DNA of 64,000 bases from Alphaproteobacteria bacterium (GTDB taxonomy: Bacteria; Pseudomonadota; Alphaproteobacteria; JBMOFM01), in NCBI GenBank assembly GCA_049318825.1, contig JBMOFM010000006.1, positions 50,013-114,012 of the forward strand, written 5' to 3'. A program made the position numbers and the translations under genes. Position 1 is the stretch's first letter; every line of letters begins with the position of its first letter. Under the pieces are notes generated by a model, which was given only the letters and a program-made list of their open reading frames with translations, did no database searches and had not been told where the DNA came from. Below, piece by piece: positions 1 to 11,531 of the stretch.

Positions 1-646
1 CCATCACGCCCCAAAATATAGCATAAGAAAGATGATCGTCGCGCAATATGGGTGCTGCCCCCAAGGGTTTTACCCCCGATGCTTCTATGTTGGCTGCTTC
101 TGTAGTACTGGCTTTTAGATAATATTCAGGCACCGCTCCTTTTTCCATGGCCGAAGGATCAATATAGTACCATACATTATTAGCGGGTTGATTGTTGGGG
201 AAAAAAATATTGGGCTTTCCCGCTTGATATAGCCAACCATCCACCAGCACATCGCCGCTTAATGGCGCTGGTTTGGCCGTTTTTTGCGGCAACCACCCAA
301 TATTCACCATCAGTTTTTTGCCATCATTTAAGGCTAGCGGTTGCAACCAATAATAGCCGGGCTGCCCTTGTTCAAAACGGTTTTGTAAGAAAAACTGCTG
401 GGGCAACCATATTCCCTGCAAGCGCGCATGGCGATAAAGTAAAGAAACAGAATCAGGCGATAAATCATTGATAACTTCATGCTCATAACGAGCAATCTGC
501 TGTTTTATTCCCGCCTTCCATTCTGCCCGCTTCACCTGCCAGCAAGATAAACCAACCAGCAAGGCAAAGCAAAAGGCTACAAATAGCAGGCGGAAAAAAC
601 GGCTCAACCGCCCCACCAATAAACAGCGGTAAAGAGAAACAACCAC
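1..646 (-). CDS. SURF1-family cytochrome oxidase assembly protein. N-terminus is in the window; the C-terminus runs off the left edge. The ORF track misses it because it has no ATG start.
   Basis: Manual minus-strand translation, frame of codon 476-478, gives ...[108 protein letters not shown]...NNVWYYIDP...[15 protein letters not shown]. This has the SURF1 hallmarks: a TM helix, then W-Q-x-x-R-x-x-W-K, an L-Q-N-R segment, and a C-terminal H-L-x-Y-A-x-x-W. There is an in-frame stop at 653-655. The start is probably GTG/TTG at about 646, 619 or 616, overlapping the ctaE stop. It sits downstream of ctaE as in many alphaproteobacteria. Confidence 0.6.
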   Translation of the reverse strand, partial: MVVSLYRCLLVGRLSRFFRLLFVAFCFALLVGLSCWQVKRAEWKAGIKQQIARYEHEVINDLSPDSVSLLYRHARLQGIWLPQQFFLQNRFEQGQPGYYWLQPLALNDGKKLMVNIGWLPQKTAKPAPLSGDVLVDGWLYQAGKPNIFFPNNQPANNVWYYIDPSAMEKGAVPEYYLKASTTEAANIEASGVKPLGAAPILRDDHLSYAIFWGVM

Positions 647-1416
647 ACCACATCAACAAAATGCCAATACCAAGCAGCGGCTTCAAAACCAAAATGGCTT
701 TCCGGGGTAAAATGATCTTTACTGGTGCGCCACAAACAAACGGCCAGAAAAATTGTACCGATAATCACATGGAGGCCGTGAAAGCCAGTAGCCATATAAA
801 AAGTTGCGGCGTAAATCGTATCTTTCAAGCCAAAAGAAGCATGGTGATATTCATAAGCTTGCAACAAGCTAAAAGAAAAACCAAGCGCCACGGTTATTTT
901 AAGGGCAGTAATGGCGGCTTTTTTATTGCCTTCAATTAAAGCGTGATGCGCCCATGTGACCGTGCAACCAGAAAGCAACAGAATAAGGGTCATCAATAAA
1001 GGAAAGTGAAAGGGATCAAAAGTATGAATGGATGGCGGTGGCCATACACCTTGGATAGCCGCGCTAGGGAAAAGGGCAGATTTGAAAAATGCCCAGAAAA
1101 ATGCCGCAAAAAACATAACTTCAGAGGCAATGAATAACGCCATCCCGTAACGAAAACCGATACGCACAATCGGGGTGTGGACTTTTTCCTTCACGGCTTC
1201 AAAAAGCACATCGCGCCACCAGCCAAACATCACGCCCAGAACGCCTAAAAAACCAGCAATCAATAACCAATTGCCTTCCTCATGCATAGCCATCACCGCA
1301 CCGCCAGCCAAAGCACCAGCAGAAAGGGCAGCCAATAATGGCCAAGGGCTAGGACGTACCAAATGGTAAGGGTGTGGAGTGCCGCTATCCAGCAAATATT
1401 CAGGTTGATGTGCCAT
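604..1416 (-). CDS. ctaE: cytochrome c oxidase subunit III
   Basis: ORF 604..1431 contains [14 protein letters not shown] and C-terminal [11 protein letters not shown]...YWWGG, both COX3 hallmarks. The likely true start is the MAHQPEY methionine at 1416; the track start at 1431 is also possible. Confidence 0.85.
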   Translation of the reverse strand: MAHQPEYLLDSGTPHPYHLVRPSPWPLLAALSAGALAGGAVMAMHEEGNWLLIAGFLGVLGVMFGWWRDVLFEAVKEKVHTPIVRIGFRYGMALFIASEVMFFAAFFWAFFKSALFPSAAIQGVWPPPSIHTFDPFHFPLLMTLILLLSGCTVTWAHHALIEGNKKAAITALKITVALGFSFSLLQAYEYHHASFGLKDTIYAATFYMATGFHGLHVIIGTIFLAVCLWRTSKDHFTPESHFGFEAAAWYWHFVDVVWLFLFTAVYWWGG

Positions 1417-1604
1417 GCGTAATAAAGCCAAAAAATTCTGTAACCACGATAATCTAGCATTATAAAATTAACATACCAGTATTTTTTAATGCACGAGGCG
1501 TCGCGCCTCAAATAATTACAATACCCCCATTGCGCCATAAAAAATCGGTATATCTTTCATCTTGTTTGCCTAATTTTTATAAATTCCCCGATATGATATA
1601 AAAA

Positions 1605-2840
1605 ATGACCGCTCATATAGGGGATCAGATGCCCAATCGTGCTGCCCACATATTTAATAGTAATAATATTGATGATTATGGAATGAACCTGTTTCGTGCT
1701 GGCTTATATGAAGAAGCAGCCAGACATTGGCAAAAAACTGCCCGCGCCAACCAGCATGATCCGGTGTTTTATTATTATCGTGGGTGGTGCCGCTTATTTT
1801 TAGGAGAAGCAGGCGATGCTTCGGTGGATATGGAAACCGCCTGCTCGATGTTTAGGCGCTTTTATATGGAAGATTGGCAGGCAAAAGCGGAAACTATTTT
1901 TTATCTCACCGCGGGCGATTATGAACGTAGCCTCAAAAACTGTCAGCAGTTACAATCACAAATTCTTCAGTTTAATCAAGAATTCAGTTTTATTGCTGGC
2001 CTTAATTGCTTTTACATGAAAGACATGCAACAAGCGGCTCACCACTGGCAAATGCTGCTTGCCCATATTGGGGATAAAAACCAACCAACAGAAAATAATG
2101 GCTGGATTAATGCCGCGCTAATTAATAAATGGGTGGCGCAAGCATTGCTGGAAATTGGCGATGCTCAAGCCGCAGATATTGCGGCCACCACTGCCATTAG
2201 CGCCGGTTTTGCTGCGGCTTCTGTTTATTTAATCCGCGCCCAAGCCAGAAAAAAAATGCAACGGTTTGAAGAAAGTCTGCATGATATATCCCTTGCGATT
2301 GAGATGAATTCATCATCGCCAGAATTTTTTCAATGCCGCGGTGATTTATTATGTGATATGGGACGCCATGAAGAAGCCTTAGCTAGCTTTAACACCGCCC
2401 ACAAGCTTAATCCTGAAAATAGTACAATATTACTGAGCCGCGGCCGTTGCTGGCAACACCTTAATTTTGCCGATCGCGCACTGGCCGATTACAGCACAGT
2501 GATTGCTCGCCAAGAAAATATTGATCAACATTTTAAGGCCAGTGTTTGGCATAAAAGAGCTTTACTATATGCTGAACGTGGTCAGATAGAAATGGCGATA
2601 CGCGATTTTGATGCCGCGGTGATTCATTCGCCACATAATTTGGAATTGCGGCAAGATCGGGCTATTTTTCTGCTGCGTCAAGGACGGTCGATGGAAGAGG
2701 CAGAAAAAGATTTTTCTTATATATTAGAGAAACAACAGCATGATGATCCTTTATTATATTGGTATCGTGCGCAATGTCGCTTTGCCCTTAAACGCATCGA
2801 TGACGCCAATGAAGACATGAAAAAAGCCAGCCACGCTTAA
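1605..2840 (+). CDS. tetratricopeptide (TPR) repeat protein, function unknown
   Basis: 411 aa, helical and repeat-rich, with 34-residue TPR-like units (A..Y/F..A..P pattern), e.g. AIRDFDAAVIHSPHNLELRQDRAIFLLRQG. Confidence 0.5.
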   Translation: MTAHIGDQMPNRAAHIFNSNNIDDYGMNLFRAGLYEEAARHWQKTARANQHDPVFYYYRGWCRLFLGEAGDASVDMETACSMFRRFYMEDWQAKAETIFYLTAGDYERSLKNCQQLQSQILQFNQEFSFIAGLNCFYMKDMQQAAHHWQMLLAHIGDKNQPTENNGWINAALINKWVAQALLEIGDAQAADIAATTAISAGFAAASVYLIRAQARKKMQRFEESLHDISLAIEMNSSSPEFFQCRGDLLCDMGRHEEALASFNTAHKLNPENSTILLSRGRCWQHLNFADRALADYSTVIARQENIDQHFKASVWHKRALLYAERGQIEMAIRDFDAAVIHSPHNLELRQDRAIFLLRQGRSMEEAEKDFSYILEKQQHDDPLLYWYRAQCRFALKRIDDANEDMKKASHA

Positions 2841-2919
2841 ATTATAGCTACGTTTAACATCTTATAAACTACACCAAAATAAAACTGTACGAATATAGCT
2901 GAAGGCTATTGTCAAGCAA

Positions 2920-3969
2920 CTATTCTTCTGATTCTGAAACGATATCTGGCCATAATTCTGGCTGTAGCGTCGGGGCGTTTGTGGGCGGCTCTAATTGTAA
3001 ATAGCGAAAGCCCGATAAGGATAACATGCGCCCTCTTGGTGTGCGTTGTACGAGGCCTTGTTGTACTAAATAAGGTTCAATCACTTCTTCCAGCACATCG
3101 CGTTGTTCGGCTAAAGCGGCGGCCATGGTTTCTACCCCCACTGGTCCCCCGCCATAATGTTCGGCCATCAGGCGTAGATAACGCCGATCCATCATATCCA
3201 GCCCTTGTTCATCCACATCCAGCCTTTTTAAGGCCATATCCGCCACGTCGCGGTTAATAGGTAGCGATTTGGCCACCACAGCAAAATCGCGCACGCGCCG
3301 CAATAGACGCCCTGCTACCCGTGGTGTGCCCCGCGCACGGCGGGCAATTTCCATGGCACCATCATCAGTAATGCCCACCCCCAATACGCCGGCACCACGT
3401 TTCACAATGCGTAATAAATCGGGCACATTATATAAATCAAGACGCAGGGGAATGCCAAAACGATCCCTTAAGGGGGTGGTGAGTAAACCCGCCCTTGTGG
3501 TGGCGCCCACCAAGGTAAAAGGTGGTAAATCAATGCGCAAAGAACGGGCGGAAGGGCCTTCACCGATCAAAATATCCAGCTGAAAATCTTCCATCGCGGG
3601 GTAGAGAATTTCTTCTACGGCTGGGTTTAGGCGGTGAATTTCGTCAATAAATAAGACATCTCTGGCCTGCAAATTGGTTAAAATAGCAGCTAAATCGCCA
3701 GCTTTGGCAATAACTGGGCCAGAAGTTGCCTTGAAGCCCACTTGCAATTCACGGCTGATAATATGGGCAAGGGTGGTTTTACCAAGGCCGGGTGGGCCAT
3801 GTAACAGCACATGATCCATGGCTTCTTGCCGGCCTTGTGCAGCTTGAATAAAAACCGCCAGATTATCCATTAAATGGGGTTGGCCAACAAATTCTTTCAA
3901 ATATTGTGGGCGCAAGGCTGCTTCGCCTGTATCTTCGCCCTTGATTGCAGCATCGGTTATACGGCTCAT
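2920..3969 (-). CDS. ruvB: Holliday junction branch migration ATPase RuvB
   Basis: Walker [18 protein letters not shown], plus FIDEIHRL and the RuvB C-terminal winged-helix region. Length 349 aa. Confidence 0.9.
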   Translation of the reverse strand: MSRITDAAIKGEDTGEAALRPQYLKEFVGQPHLMDNLAVFIQAAQGRQEAMDHVLLHGPPGLGKTTLAHIISRELQVGFKATSGPVIAKAGDLAAILTNLQARDVLFIDEIHRLNPAVEEILYPAMEDFQLDILIGEGPSARSLRIDLPPFTLVGATTRAGLLTTPLRDRFGIPLRLDLYNVPDLLRIVKRGAGVLGVGITDDGAMEIARRARGTPRVAGRLLRRVRDFAVVAKSLPINRDVADMALKRLDVDEQGLDMMDRRYLRLMAEHYGGGPVGVETMAAALAEQRDVLEEVIEPYLVQQGLVQRTPRGRMLSLSGFRYLQLEPPTNAPTLQPELWPDIVSESEE

Positions 3970-4574
3970 TGTCTCACCCCTTTCAATATGGCTAAGCTTT
4001 GGCGTATTAACTCGGCAAAATCAATGGGTGGTTTTTCTTGAATGGCCTTATTAATGGCGGCATAGGCTTCGCTACGCCCATAACCCCAATTCACTAAAGC
4101 CGATAAGGCATCTTGCACCAGCCCTTGTTCGGCGCTGGCGGGGGCGCTAGAATTGCTGAGGGTTGCGGGGGGAAGGCTTTTCACTTTTTCCTGCAATTCG
4201 GCTAATATTCGCGCGGCCAATTTGGGCCCTACGCCATCTGCCCGTTGAAAAGCGGCCTTATCGCTGGCATGGGCAGCGGCAACAATATCGGTGGGGGCAA
4301 GCACGGTTAAAATAGCTAAGGCTGCCTTAGGCCCCACCCCTTGAATGGTGGTAAGCTGGCGAAACCATTGTTGCTCTTCCACGCTGGCAAAACCATAAAG
4401 CTGGGGCATTTCTTCCCGCATGCGGGTATCCACCCATAGTCGGCACACCTCGCCAAGGCCAAAGCTATTTAGGGTTCGGCCACTGCACCAGAGTAAATAG
4501 CCCACACCATTCACATCAATAATCAGCCAATCGTCACCTTGGCTATCTACCACGCCGTTTAATTTGGCAATCAT
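3966..4574 (-). CDS. ruvA: Holliday junction DNA helicase RuvA
   Basis: [32 protein letters not shown]-terminus and paired HhH region ([22 protein letters not shown]). It overlaps the ruvB start by 4 nt. The internal Met at 4574 is preferred over the track start at 4619. Confidence 0.85.
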   Translation of the reverse strand: MIAKLNGVVDSQGDDWLIIDVNGVGYLLWCSGRTLNSFGLGEVCRLWVDTRMREEMPQLYGFASVEEQQWFRQLTTIQGVGPKAALAILTVLAPTDIVAAAHASDKAAFQRADGVGPKLAARILAELQEKVKSLPPATLSNSSAPASAEQGLVQDALSALVNWGYGRSEAYAAINKAIQEKPPIDFAELIRQSLAILKGVRQ

Positions 4575-4642
4575 GTTTTTATCTTTTTGTTTTTTTGCAA
4601 TACCACTTACTATATCCAAAAAATAAGGGGAGAGAAGAAAAT

Positions 4643-6616
4643 ATGGATAAGCCGCTATTAATTGCTAATCGTGGAGAAATAGCCTGCCGCATTATAAAAA
4701 CCGCGCGGCGCATGGGCATTAAAACCGTGGCGGTTTATTCAGAAGCCGATAGTAGCGCGCGCCATGTGCGCCTTGCAGATAGTGCATTATGTATTGGCGC
4801 GGCCGAATCTAAGGCCAGCTATCTGAATATTCAGGCAATATTGCAAGCTGCCAAAATAGCAGGGGCGGGGTGGGTGCATCCGGGCTATGGTTTTTTGTCA
4901 GAAAATGCTGAGTTTGCCGAACAAGCCAAGGCAGAGGGGTTGATTTTTGTGGGGCCATCGCCGGCGGCGATTCGTGCCATGGGAGAAAAAAACACTGCAA
5001 AAAGTTTGATGCGTGATGCTGGCGTGCCCCTTATTCCGGGGATAGATAATATCACAACGGTGGATGATGATATATTGCAACATGTGGCCGATATTGGTTA
5101 TCCCCTGATGTTAAAAGCCGTGGCTGGCGGTGGGGGCAAGGGCATTCGGCTGGTTGAAAAAGCTGAAGATTTAGCCGAAGCATTAGAATCGGTGAAGCGT
5201 GAAGCCATGCGGGCTTTTGCGGATGATCGCATCATGGTGGAAGCTTTTATTCAGCAGCCACGCCATGTGGAGGTGCAAATTCTGGCCGATCATCATGGCA
5301 ATGTATTAACATTATGGGAGCGGGATTGTTCGGTACAACGCCGGCATCAAAAATTATGGGAAGAAGCACCAGCCCCCGAACTCAGCGCACAGCAACGCCA
5401 AGAAATGTCAGAAGCTGCGGTATTGGCAGCCAAGGCAGTATTATATACCGGTGCAGGCACGGTGGAGTTTTTGCTTGGCCCCGATGGCCGATTTTTCTTT
5501 TTAGAAATGAATACAAGGCTGCAGGTAGAGCACCCTGTTACGGAAATGATTACAGGGCTGGATTTAGTGGAATGGCAATTGCGCATAGCCCGCGGCGAGA
5601 GTTTACCAGCGCAATCTTCCGTGCAGCTTAATGGCCATGCTATAGAGGTGCGTATTACGGCAGAAGATGCCGATAGAGGCTTTTTGCCTGCCAGTGGTAC
5701 ATTACAAGAATTGTTAATACCCGCCGAGCAACCGTGGCTGCGGGTGGATCATGGCTTGATAGAAGGGCAGGAGGTAAATTTAACCTATGATCCCCTATTG
5801 GCTAAATTAATTGTATGGGGGCAAGACCGAGCGCAGGCAATACGACATTTGCAAGAAGCCCTTAACCAGTTTTTTATTGCGGGCGTTGCCACGAATTTAG
5901 GTTTTTTACGTCGCCTCGCTTATCACCCCCATATTGGTAGCGGGGCGGTGGATACAGGTTTTCTGGCCGCTAATCCCAATCTCACCACGGCGGATGGGGT
6001 GGGTATAACCAGTAAGGCATTGGCGGCATTGGCCTATATTTATCGGTTGGCTGCAGCTGGCGGGTCAATCTCTTGGCAGGGGTTTTGGGCCAATATGCAG
6101 CAAAAAATATATTGTTTTGCAGAAGGCTTAGTATTAACCGCAGAAGAAGATAGCCCCGCTTTGGGTGTAGCCCCTGCTTTTTGGCAGGCTACCAGCCCAG
6201 ATGGCGAAATATTGCTTTATATCTGGCGGGTGCGGGCGGAAAATAATGTGGTTACCTTGGAATATAGTGAAAATAGTGAACATGCGCCCAAAAAATTGAT
6301 GCGGGTACTTACTGTGCAAGGCTTGCATGTATTGCAAGGTGAGGGCGTAAGCTTGGCCTTGCCGTGGCATGGGTTGGATTCATATGACCATCATCAACAA
6401 GCACAAGGAAGCCTAGAAGCCCCGATGCCGGGCATGGTGGTGGCTTTATTGGCGGATGTTGGCAGCACGGTAGAAATTGGCACACCCTTATTGGTGCTAG
6501 AGGCCATGAAAATGGAGCATAGAATCAATAGCCCCGTGGCGGGCACGCTGCAACGCTTTTTCTTTCAACAGGGGGAGCAGGTGAAAGAAGGCATGGTGCT
6601 GGCGGAAATTCTATAA
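4643..6616 (+). CDS. biotin-dependent acyl-CoA carboxylase alpha subunit (biotin carboxylase plus C-terminal BCCP). PccA/MccA-type; substrate is not assignable.
   Basis: The N-terminus MDKPLLIANRGEIACRIIK matches biotin carboxylase, and the ATP-grasp motifs are present. The C-terminal biotinyl domain has EAMKMEH. No carboxyltransferase partner is adjacent. Start moved to the Met at 4643, which is preceded by an AAGGGGAGAG RBS. Confidence 0.8.
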   Translation: MDKPLLIANRGEIACRIIKTARRMGIKTVAVYSEADSSARHVRLADSALCIGAAESKASYLNIQAILQAAKIAGAGWVHPGYGFLSENAEFAEQAKAEGLIFVGPSPAAIRAMGEKNTAKSLMRDAGVPLIPGIDNITTVDDDILQHVADIGYPLMLKAVAGGGGKGIRLVEKAEDLAEALESVKREAMRAFADDRIMVEAFIQQPRHVEVQILADHHGNVLTLWERDCSVQRRHQKLWEEAPAPELSAQQRQEMSEAAVLAAKAVLYTGAGTVEFLLGPDGRFFFLEMNTRLQVEHPVTEMITGLDLVEWQLRIARGESLPAQSSVQLNGHAIEVRITAEDADRGFLPASGTLQELLIPAEQPWLRVDHGLIEGQEVNLTYDPLLAKLIVWGQDRAQAIRHLQEALNQFFIAGVATNLGFLRRLAYHPHIGSGAVDTGFLAANPNLTTADGVGITSKALAALAYIYRLAAAGGSISWQGFWANMQQKIYCFAEGLVLTAEEDSPALGVAPAFWQATSPDGEILLYIWRVRAENNVVTLEYSENSEHAPKKLMRVLTVQGLHVLQGEGVSLALPWHGLDSYDHHQQAQGSLEAPMPGMVVALLADVGSTVEIGTPLLVLEAMKMEHRINSPVAGTLQRFFFQQGEQVKEGMVLAEIL

Positions 6617-6652
6617 AAAACCAATAATTAAATTGGATTGAACGCTAAAATC

Positions 6653-8488
6653 CTATACCAAGAAAGCAGAAAGCTGTTGCAACATGGCGCCGCCCAATTG
6701 TTCGGGGGTTTGTAGGGTCACGGCTTTTTTGTAATAACGGCTGACATCATGCTGAATGCCAATGGCCAGCAATTCAATGCGGCCGGCTTCTTCAATCTGT
6801 TCCACCACTTGCCGTAAATGCTTTTCCAAATAATTACCATTATTAACGGAAAGGGTAGAATCATCCACTGGTGCGCCGTCGGAAATCACCATTAAAATGC
6901 GCCGTTGTTCACTACGTTGTTCTAACCGCTGTACGGCCCATAATAAGGCTTCACCATCAATATTTTCTTTCAAGATTCCTTCGCGCAGCATTAACCCCAA
7001 ATTGCGTTGTGCTCTGCGCCACGGGGTATCGGCTGCTTTATAAATAATATGGCGTAAATCATTCAATCGCCCTGGTTTTATGGGTTTGCCTGCCTGTAGC
7101 CATTGTTCACGCGCTTGGCCACCTTTCCATGCTTTAGTGGTGAAGCCCAAAATTTCTACTTTCACACCGCAGCGCTCTAAGGTTCTGGCCAAAATATCGG
7201 CACTGATGGCGGCAATAGTAATGGGTCTGCCCCGCATGGAGCCGCTATTATCTATCAGTAAGCTCACCACCGTATCGCGAAATTCAGTGGATTTTTCCTG
7301 TTTATAGGCAAGGCCAAGGGTGGGGTCGGCTACAATTCTGGCTAAGCGGGCAGCGTCTAGCAACCCTTCTTCGCAATCAAATAACCAACCACGGCTTTGG
7401 CGCGCCATTAATTGCCGTTGCAGCCTATTGGCCATGCGGGTGATCATGCCCTTAAATGGCAATAATTGTTGATCTAACAATTGATGTAGCCTTTCCATTT
7501 CTTCGGCATCGGCTAGGGTTTCTGCCCCTACCACTTCATCAAAGCGTTGGGTAAAAATCTGGTAACGCCAGCCTGCATGATGACCATCTGGCTGCGGGGT
7601 GGGTGGTTGAAAGAAATTTTCACCACGCGGGCTGATACCGGCCAATAAATCATCTTGGCTATCGCCGTCGCTTTCGGCGGCTTCTTCTTGTTTAGGAGCG
7701 GATGTTTTTTCTTCCCGCCCATCACTGGTTGAAGCGCTGCTGCTTTCTTGGGTTTCGTTATTATTGTCATCAGCATTATGTTGCTGATCATCACCTTCTT
7801 GTTGGTGTTGAGGATAATTGAGGTGGCTGGCTTCATCGCCAGCAATGAAGCCCAAATCCTGCAATAAACGTTTGATCTGTTGACCAAAATTTTCCTGATG
7901 ATTAATTTTTTGGCGTAAACTGGTTATATGACGGTCTATAACCCCGCGTTCTTCTGGTGCTATTAAAGCGAGATGGGCATTAACCCGTTGTGGCAGGCCT
8001 AGCCCTGTGAGTTCTTGCCATAATAACAAAGGAAAATAGTCACTAATTTGTGGTTGCGGCGAAATTTCTGCCGAGGTTAAGGGTAAGTTCGCTTCTTTAA
8101 GCATTAATTGCTTGAGATTATGGGCAACCCCTTGAAACTCGCCACAAGCCAGTGCCTGACAGCGAACATCTTCTGCTTGATCGAATAAACGGGCGGGCAA
8201 TTCATCAAGCGGGCGCATGGCATGGTGAAGACGCTGTTGATGGTGGCGCCAATACACTGCTTGCCGGTCTAATATTCCCCGCAATTGCTGTTTTTCGCTT
8301 TTACTAATGCCTTTGGCCGGTGCTTGAGCGCGAATACGCCCAGGGGTTTTATTGGGGTTAATAATGCCCTGTACCGATAACACCACTTCAAGCCGCGGAT
8401 TAGCAGAAATGGCACGCGCAGCCGCGCTCATTGATTGCTTGAGCTGGTTGGTTTGTTGCGTATCTTGATCATCACTATTATTCAGCAT
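6653..8488 (-). CDS. cobT: CobT-like VWA-domain protein (aerobic cobaltochelatase CobT family)
   Basis: 611 aa with an acidic low-complexity middle ([21 protein letters not shown]) and a C-terminal VWA/MIDAS region [14 protein letters not shown]. Architecture is typical of alphaproteobacterial CobT. No cobS is adjacent. Confidence 0.65.
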   Translation of the reverse strand: MLNNSDDQDTQQTNQLKQSMSAAARAISANPRLEVVLSVQGIINPNKTPGRIRAQAPAKGISKSEKQQLRGILDRQAVYWRHHQQRLHHAMRPLDELPARLFDQAEDVRCQALACGEFQGVAHNLKQLMLKEANLPLTSAEISPQPQISDYFPLLLWQELTGLGLPQRVNAHLALIAPEERGVIDRHITSLRQKINHQENFGQQIKRLLQDLGFIAGDEASHLNYPQHQQEGDDQQHNADDNNNETQESSSASTSDGREEKTSAPKQEEAAESDGDSQDDLLAGISPRGENFFQPPTPQPDGHHAGWRYQIFTQRFDEVVGAETLADAEEMERLHQLLDQQLLPFKGMITRMANRLQRQLMARQSRGWLFDCEEGLLDAARLARIVADPTLGLAYKQEKSTEFRDTVVSLLIDNSGSMRGRPITIAAISADILARTLERCGVKVEILGFTTKAWKGGQAREQWLQAGKPIKPGRLNDLRHIIYKAADTPWRRAQRNLGLMLREGILKENIDGEALLWAVQRLEQRSEQRRILMVISDGAPVDDSTLSVNNGNYLEKHLRQVVEQIEEAGRIELLAIGIQHDVSRYYKKAVTLQTPEQLGGAMLQQLSAFLV

Positions 8489-8537
8489 TAACCAATTATA
8501 CGCAAAGATTACATTTGTGCGATAAAAAAAATCGCTT

Positions 8538-8945
8538 TTATTCGCAAAAAGCCGTGCAATAAGTGTAGGTTTCTATTTTGCCACCGCAATTACTATGACA
8601 TAAGCGATAATCATTGCTGCATTCTGCCTTACAATGATAGCTATCGCAGTTGCTGGAATGATTAAAATAGCTTTCAGATTTTTTGATTTCTTTGCCTTCG
8701 CTTTTGCGGGTGGCTAAATATTCAAGATAATCAATAAACTTTTCAGAATTAGCGATTTTGCGGCAATGGTTAGCCTCTATGGTGCAGTCTTGGCGGCAAT
8801 TTTGTTGCATTAATAAACAATTATTGGCACAGAGGCGGCCAGTTTCATTGGTGGGGGGGATTATTTTATAATCGGTGTCATACATTGGGCTGCATCCCAC
8901 CAACATGAATAATAAATACAACCATAAGCGCATTGTCGGTCTCAC
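8538..8945 (-). CDS. small cysteine-rich lipoprotein, function unknown
   Basis: Signal peptide with lipobox LVGCS. The roughly 110-aa mature part contains 16 Cys in C-x3-C / C-x(n)-C patterns (CANNCLL...NCRQDC...[23 protein letters not shown]...YCTAFCE). Confidence 0.45.
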   Translation of the reverse strand: MRPTMRLWLYLLFMLVGCSPMYDTDYKIIPPTNETGRLCANNCLLMQQNCRQDCTIEANHCRKIANSEKFIDYLEYLATRKSEGKEIKKSESYFNHSSNCDSYHCKAECSNDYRLCHSNCGGKIETYTYCTAFCE

Positions 8946-9078
8946 GAATCATTGATGATTAAGCTTGCATCCTACCTTAAAGCAAATTAACAAAAAATTA
9001 TGCGGCCTTTTGCTTGTTGCTGCAGCCATGCATTTTATTACTAATTGAGTGTTATTTTTTTCATGTGAGTGGCAACGA

Positions 9079-10314
9079 ATGAATAAAAGCGGGATCAAGA
9101 AAATAGTATTGGCATATTCGGGTGGCTTGGATACATCGGTTATTCTGAAGTGGTTGCAAATTAACTACCAATGTGAGGTGGTAACTTTTACCGCGGATAT
9201 TGGTCAGGGCGAGGAGTTGGAGCCAGCCAGAGCCAAAGCAAAGTTGCTGGGCGTAAAAGATATTTTTATTGAAGATCTCCGCGAAGAATTTGTGCGCGAT
9301 TATGTGTTCCCTATGTTTCGGGCCAATACCCTTTATGAGGGTTGTTATTTGCTGGGCACATCGATTGCACGGCCATTAATTGCTAAAAGGCAAATTGAAA
9401 TTGCCCGTGCCGTTGGTGCGGATGCTGTTGCTCATGGCGCAACGGGTAAGGGTAATGATCAGGTGCGGTTTGAATTGGGTTATTATGCCCTTGAGCCCCA
9501 CATAAAAGTGGTGGCGCCGTGGCGTGAATGGAATTTGAACTCACGCACAAAATTATTGGAATTTGCCGAGCAGCACCAAATTCCAGTGGCGCGGAATAAA
9601 GCAGGCGAGCCGCCTTATTCTACCGATGCTAATTTATTGCATATTTCTTATGAAGGCCGCGTGCTGGAAGATCCATGGGTGGAGCCAGATGAAAGCATGT
9701 ACACCCGTTCAGTGAGCGTGGATAATGCCCCTAATGAGCCAGAATATATAGAAGTTACCTTTGCCGCTGGCGATGCTGTGGCTGTTAATGGTGTGCCTCT
9801 TTCGCCTGCTACCTTGCTCACCCGCTTGAATGAATTGGGTGGCAAGCATGGTATTGGACGTTTGGATTTGGTTGAAAATCGCTATGTTGGGATGAAAAGC
9901 CGTGGTGTTTATGAAACCCCAGGTGGTACCATATTGCTTTCAGCGCATCGGGCCATTGAAAGCATCACGCTTGATCGCGGAGCGATGCATCTGAAAGACG
10001 AAATGATGCCGCGTTATGCTACATTAATTTATAATGGCTATTGGTTTTCGCCAGAACGTAAAGCCTTGCAGGCATTAATTGATGAAACCCAGAAAAGCGT
10101 GAATGGCGTGGTGCGGTTGAAACTGCATAAGGGTAATGTTTCCGTTGTTGGCCGTCGTTCAGCAAATTCCTTGTATCGCTTGGATTATGTTACCTTTGAA
10201 GAAGATGAGGTATATAATCAAAAAGATGCTGAGGGCTTTATTAAATTGAACGCCTTGCGCCTGCGCCTAGGGGCATTGGCTGGTAATGATGGACAGGAGA
10301 TTGCGGCTGAATAA
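9079..10314 (+). CDS. argG: argininosuccinate synthase
   Basis: [11 protein letters not shown]-loop and [13 protein letters not shown]; ArgG type I length. Start moved to the MNKSGIKK methionine. Confidence 0.9.
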   Translation: MNKSGIKKIVLAYSGGLDTSVILKWLQINYQCEVVTFTADIGQGEELEPARAKAKLLGVKDIFIEDLREEFVRDYVFPMFRANTLYEGCYLLGTSIARPLIAKRQIEIARAVGADAVAHGATGKGNDQVRFELGYYALEPHIKVVAPWREWNLNSRTKLLEFAEQHQIPVARNKAGEPPYSTDANLLHISYEGRVLEDPWVEPDESMYTRSVSVDNAPNEPEYIEVTFAAGDAVAVNGVPLSPATLLTRLNELGGKHGIGRLDLVENRYVGMKSRGVYETPGGTILLSAHRAIESITLDRGAMHLKDEMMPRYATLIYNGYWFSPERKALQALIDETQKSVNGVVRLKLHKGNVSVVGRRSANSLYRLDYVTFEEDEVYNQKDAEGFIKLNALRLRLGALAGNDGQEIAAE

Positions 10315-11377
10315 TAATAGCGCCTTCCCCACCATTGCAAAGCCAGAAGATATTGGGCAGGCGCTTCGCCATGATGTTGTCCATGTATCAATGTTGCTTC
10401 ATGCCTTGCGCATTGGTGGGGTGGTGCCTATTGAGGTTGCTGGCGAGTTTTTTTTATTGGCGGCGTCCAGAGGCGCTAACCAATTTTTTGAAGATATAGA
10501 GCGTTATTCTTCTCCTTCCCCTTTGTGTTACCGTTTTTTTCCAGAACAAGAAGAATTGCGCTTGGAAGTTCATGCTGTTGCTCCCAGCGCTGTTGTTGCT
10601 GAGGTTAATCCTAGGCCTGAGCCTGAGTTATTACAATTTGTGCGTCTTTTATTGCAGCAGGCTCAGATAATGCCCAAGGGGTGGTTGTATCCATTGCCTG
10701 CTCATATTGTAGCGCAGCAAACAGATTTAAAATTTTTGACGCCGCAGCAATTTAATTGTTATCTGCAGCATAAGGATGATCTGGTTGCTGAAAATAGCGT
10801 TTTTATTCCGTTGCCACAAAAAGTGAATGCAGAAATAACAGCATTTAGGACAATTTTTACGGATGAAACCCATGCTGCCCTTAGTTTTTCTGGAAAAAAT
10901 AACCAAGTAGAGCAGCCTTTGTTGGTGCGCATTCATTCAGCTTGTTTTACTGGGGATATATTTCACAGTTTGCGTTGTGATTGTGGCGCCCAATTAGAAT
11001 CAGCTATTAATATGATGGCTGAAGCTGGTGGTATTATTCTCTATCTCATGCAAGAGGGGCGCGGTATCGGTTTGGCCAATAAGTTGCACGCCTATCAATT
11101 GCAAGATCGGGGGTTGGATACTTATCAAGCGAATCAGCAAATAGGTTTTCCTGAAGATGCAAGGGATTATGCTTTAGCTGCTCATATGCTACAAAAAATG
11201 GGCATCACGGATATACGTTTGCTCACCAATAATCCCGATAAAGTCGCAAAATTGCAAAAATTAGGGATAAATGTTGCGGAACGAGTGGGTATTGTGATTG
11301 CGGCCACCCCAGAAAACCGTGATTATTTAGCCAGTAAACAAAAAAAATCCGGCCATTTTTTAGGCCAAGATGTGTAG
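10286..11377 (+). CDS. ribA: GTP cyclohydrolase II (RibA) with a roughly 170-aa N-terminal extension of unknown function
   Basis: The C-terminal 190 aa match RibA: [25 protein letters not shown], the zinc Cys triad, and [11 protein letters not shown]. The N-terminal part lacks RibB (DHBP synthase) motifs. The track start overlaps argG by 29 nt, so the true start may be later. Confidence 0.7.
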   Translation: MMDRRLRLNNNSAFPTIAKPEDIGQALRHDVVHVSMLLHALRIGGVVPIEVAGEFFLLAASRGANQFFEDIERYSSPSPLCYRFFPEQEELRLEVHAVAPSAVVAEVNPRPEPELLQFVRLLLQQAQIMPKGWLYPLPAHIVAQQTDLKFLTPQQFNCYLQHKDDLVAENSVFIPLPQKVNAEITAFRTIFTDETHAALSFSGKNNQVEQPLLVRIHSACFTGDIFHSLRCDCGAQLESAINMMAEAGGIILYLMQEGRGIGLANKLHAYQLQDRGLDTYQANQQIGFPEDARDYALAAHMLQKMGITDIRLLTNNPDKVAKLQKLGINVAERVGIVIAATPENRDYLASKQKKSGHFLGQDV

Positions 11378-11531
11378 CCATTTTGGGTGTATCGGCAAGT
11401 GGGCTTTCGTCTTGGCTGGTGGTGTGATCAAGATATTGTCTTTTTTGCGGCAAAATAATACTGGATTTTAAGATCCTACTTCCATTAAAACATAAAGCTT
11501 AACTTTTTATAAGTAAGAGCGTTGTCTGCAA

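Noticed and set aside
483-692. 69-aa hydrophobic ORF on the minus strand between ctaE and the window edge
   Set aside because: It lies in a different frame, fully inside the SURF1 reading frame that shows strong family motifs. It is a shadow ORF.
1293-1538. 81-aa minus-strand ORF overlapping the ctaE start
   Set aside because: Out-of-frame overlap with the conserved COX3 N-terminus. Trp/Tyr-rich nonsense.
2979-3583. Plus-strand ORFs (92 and 104 aa) inside ruvB
   Set aside because: Antisense to a strongly supported RuvB CDS. The Arg/Pro-rich composition is typical of GC-rich shadow frames.
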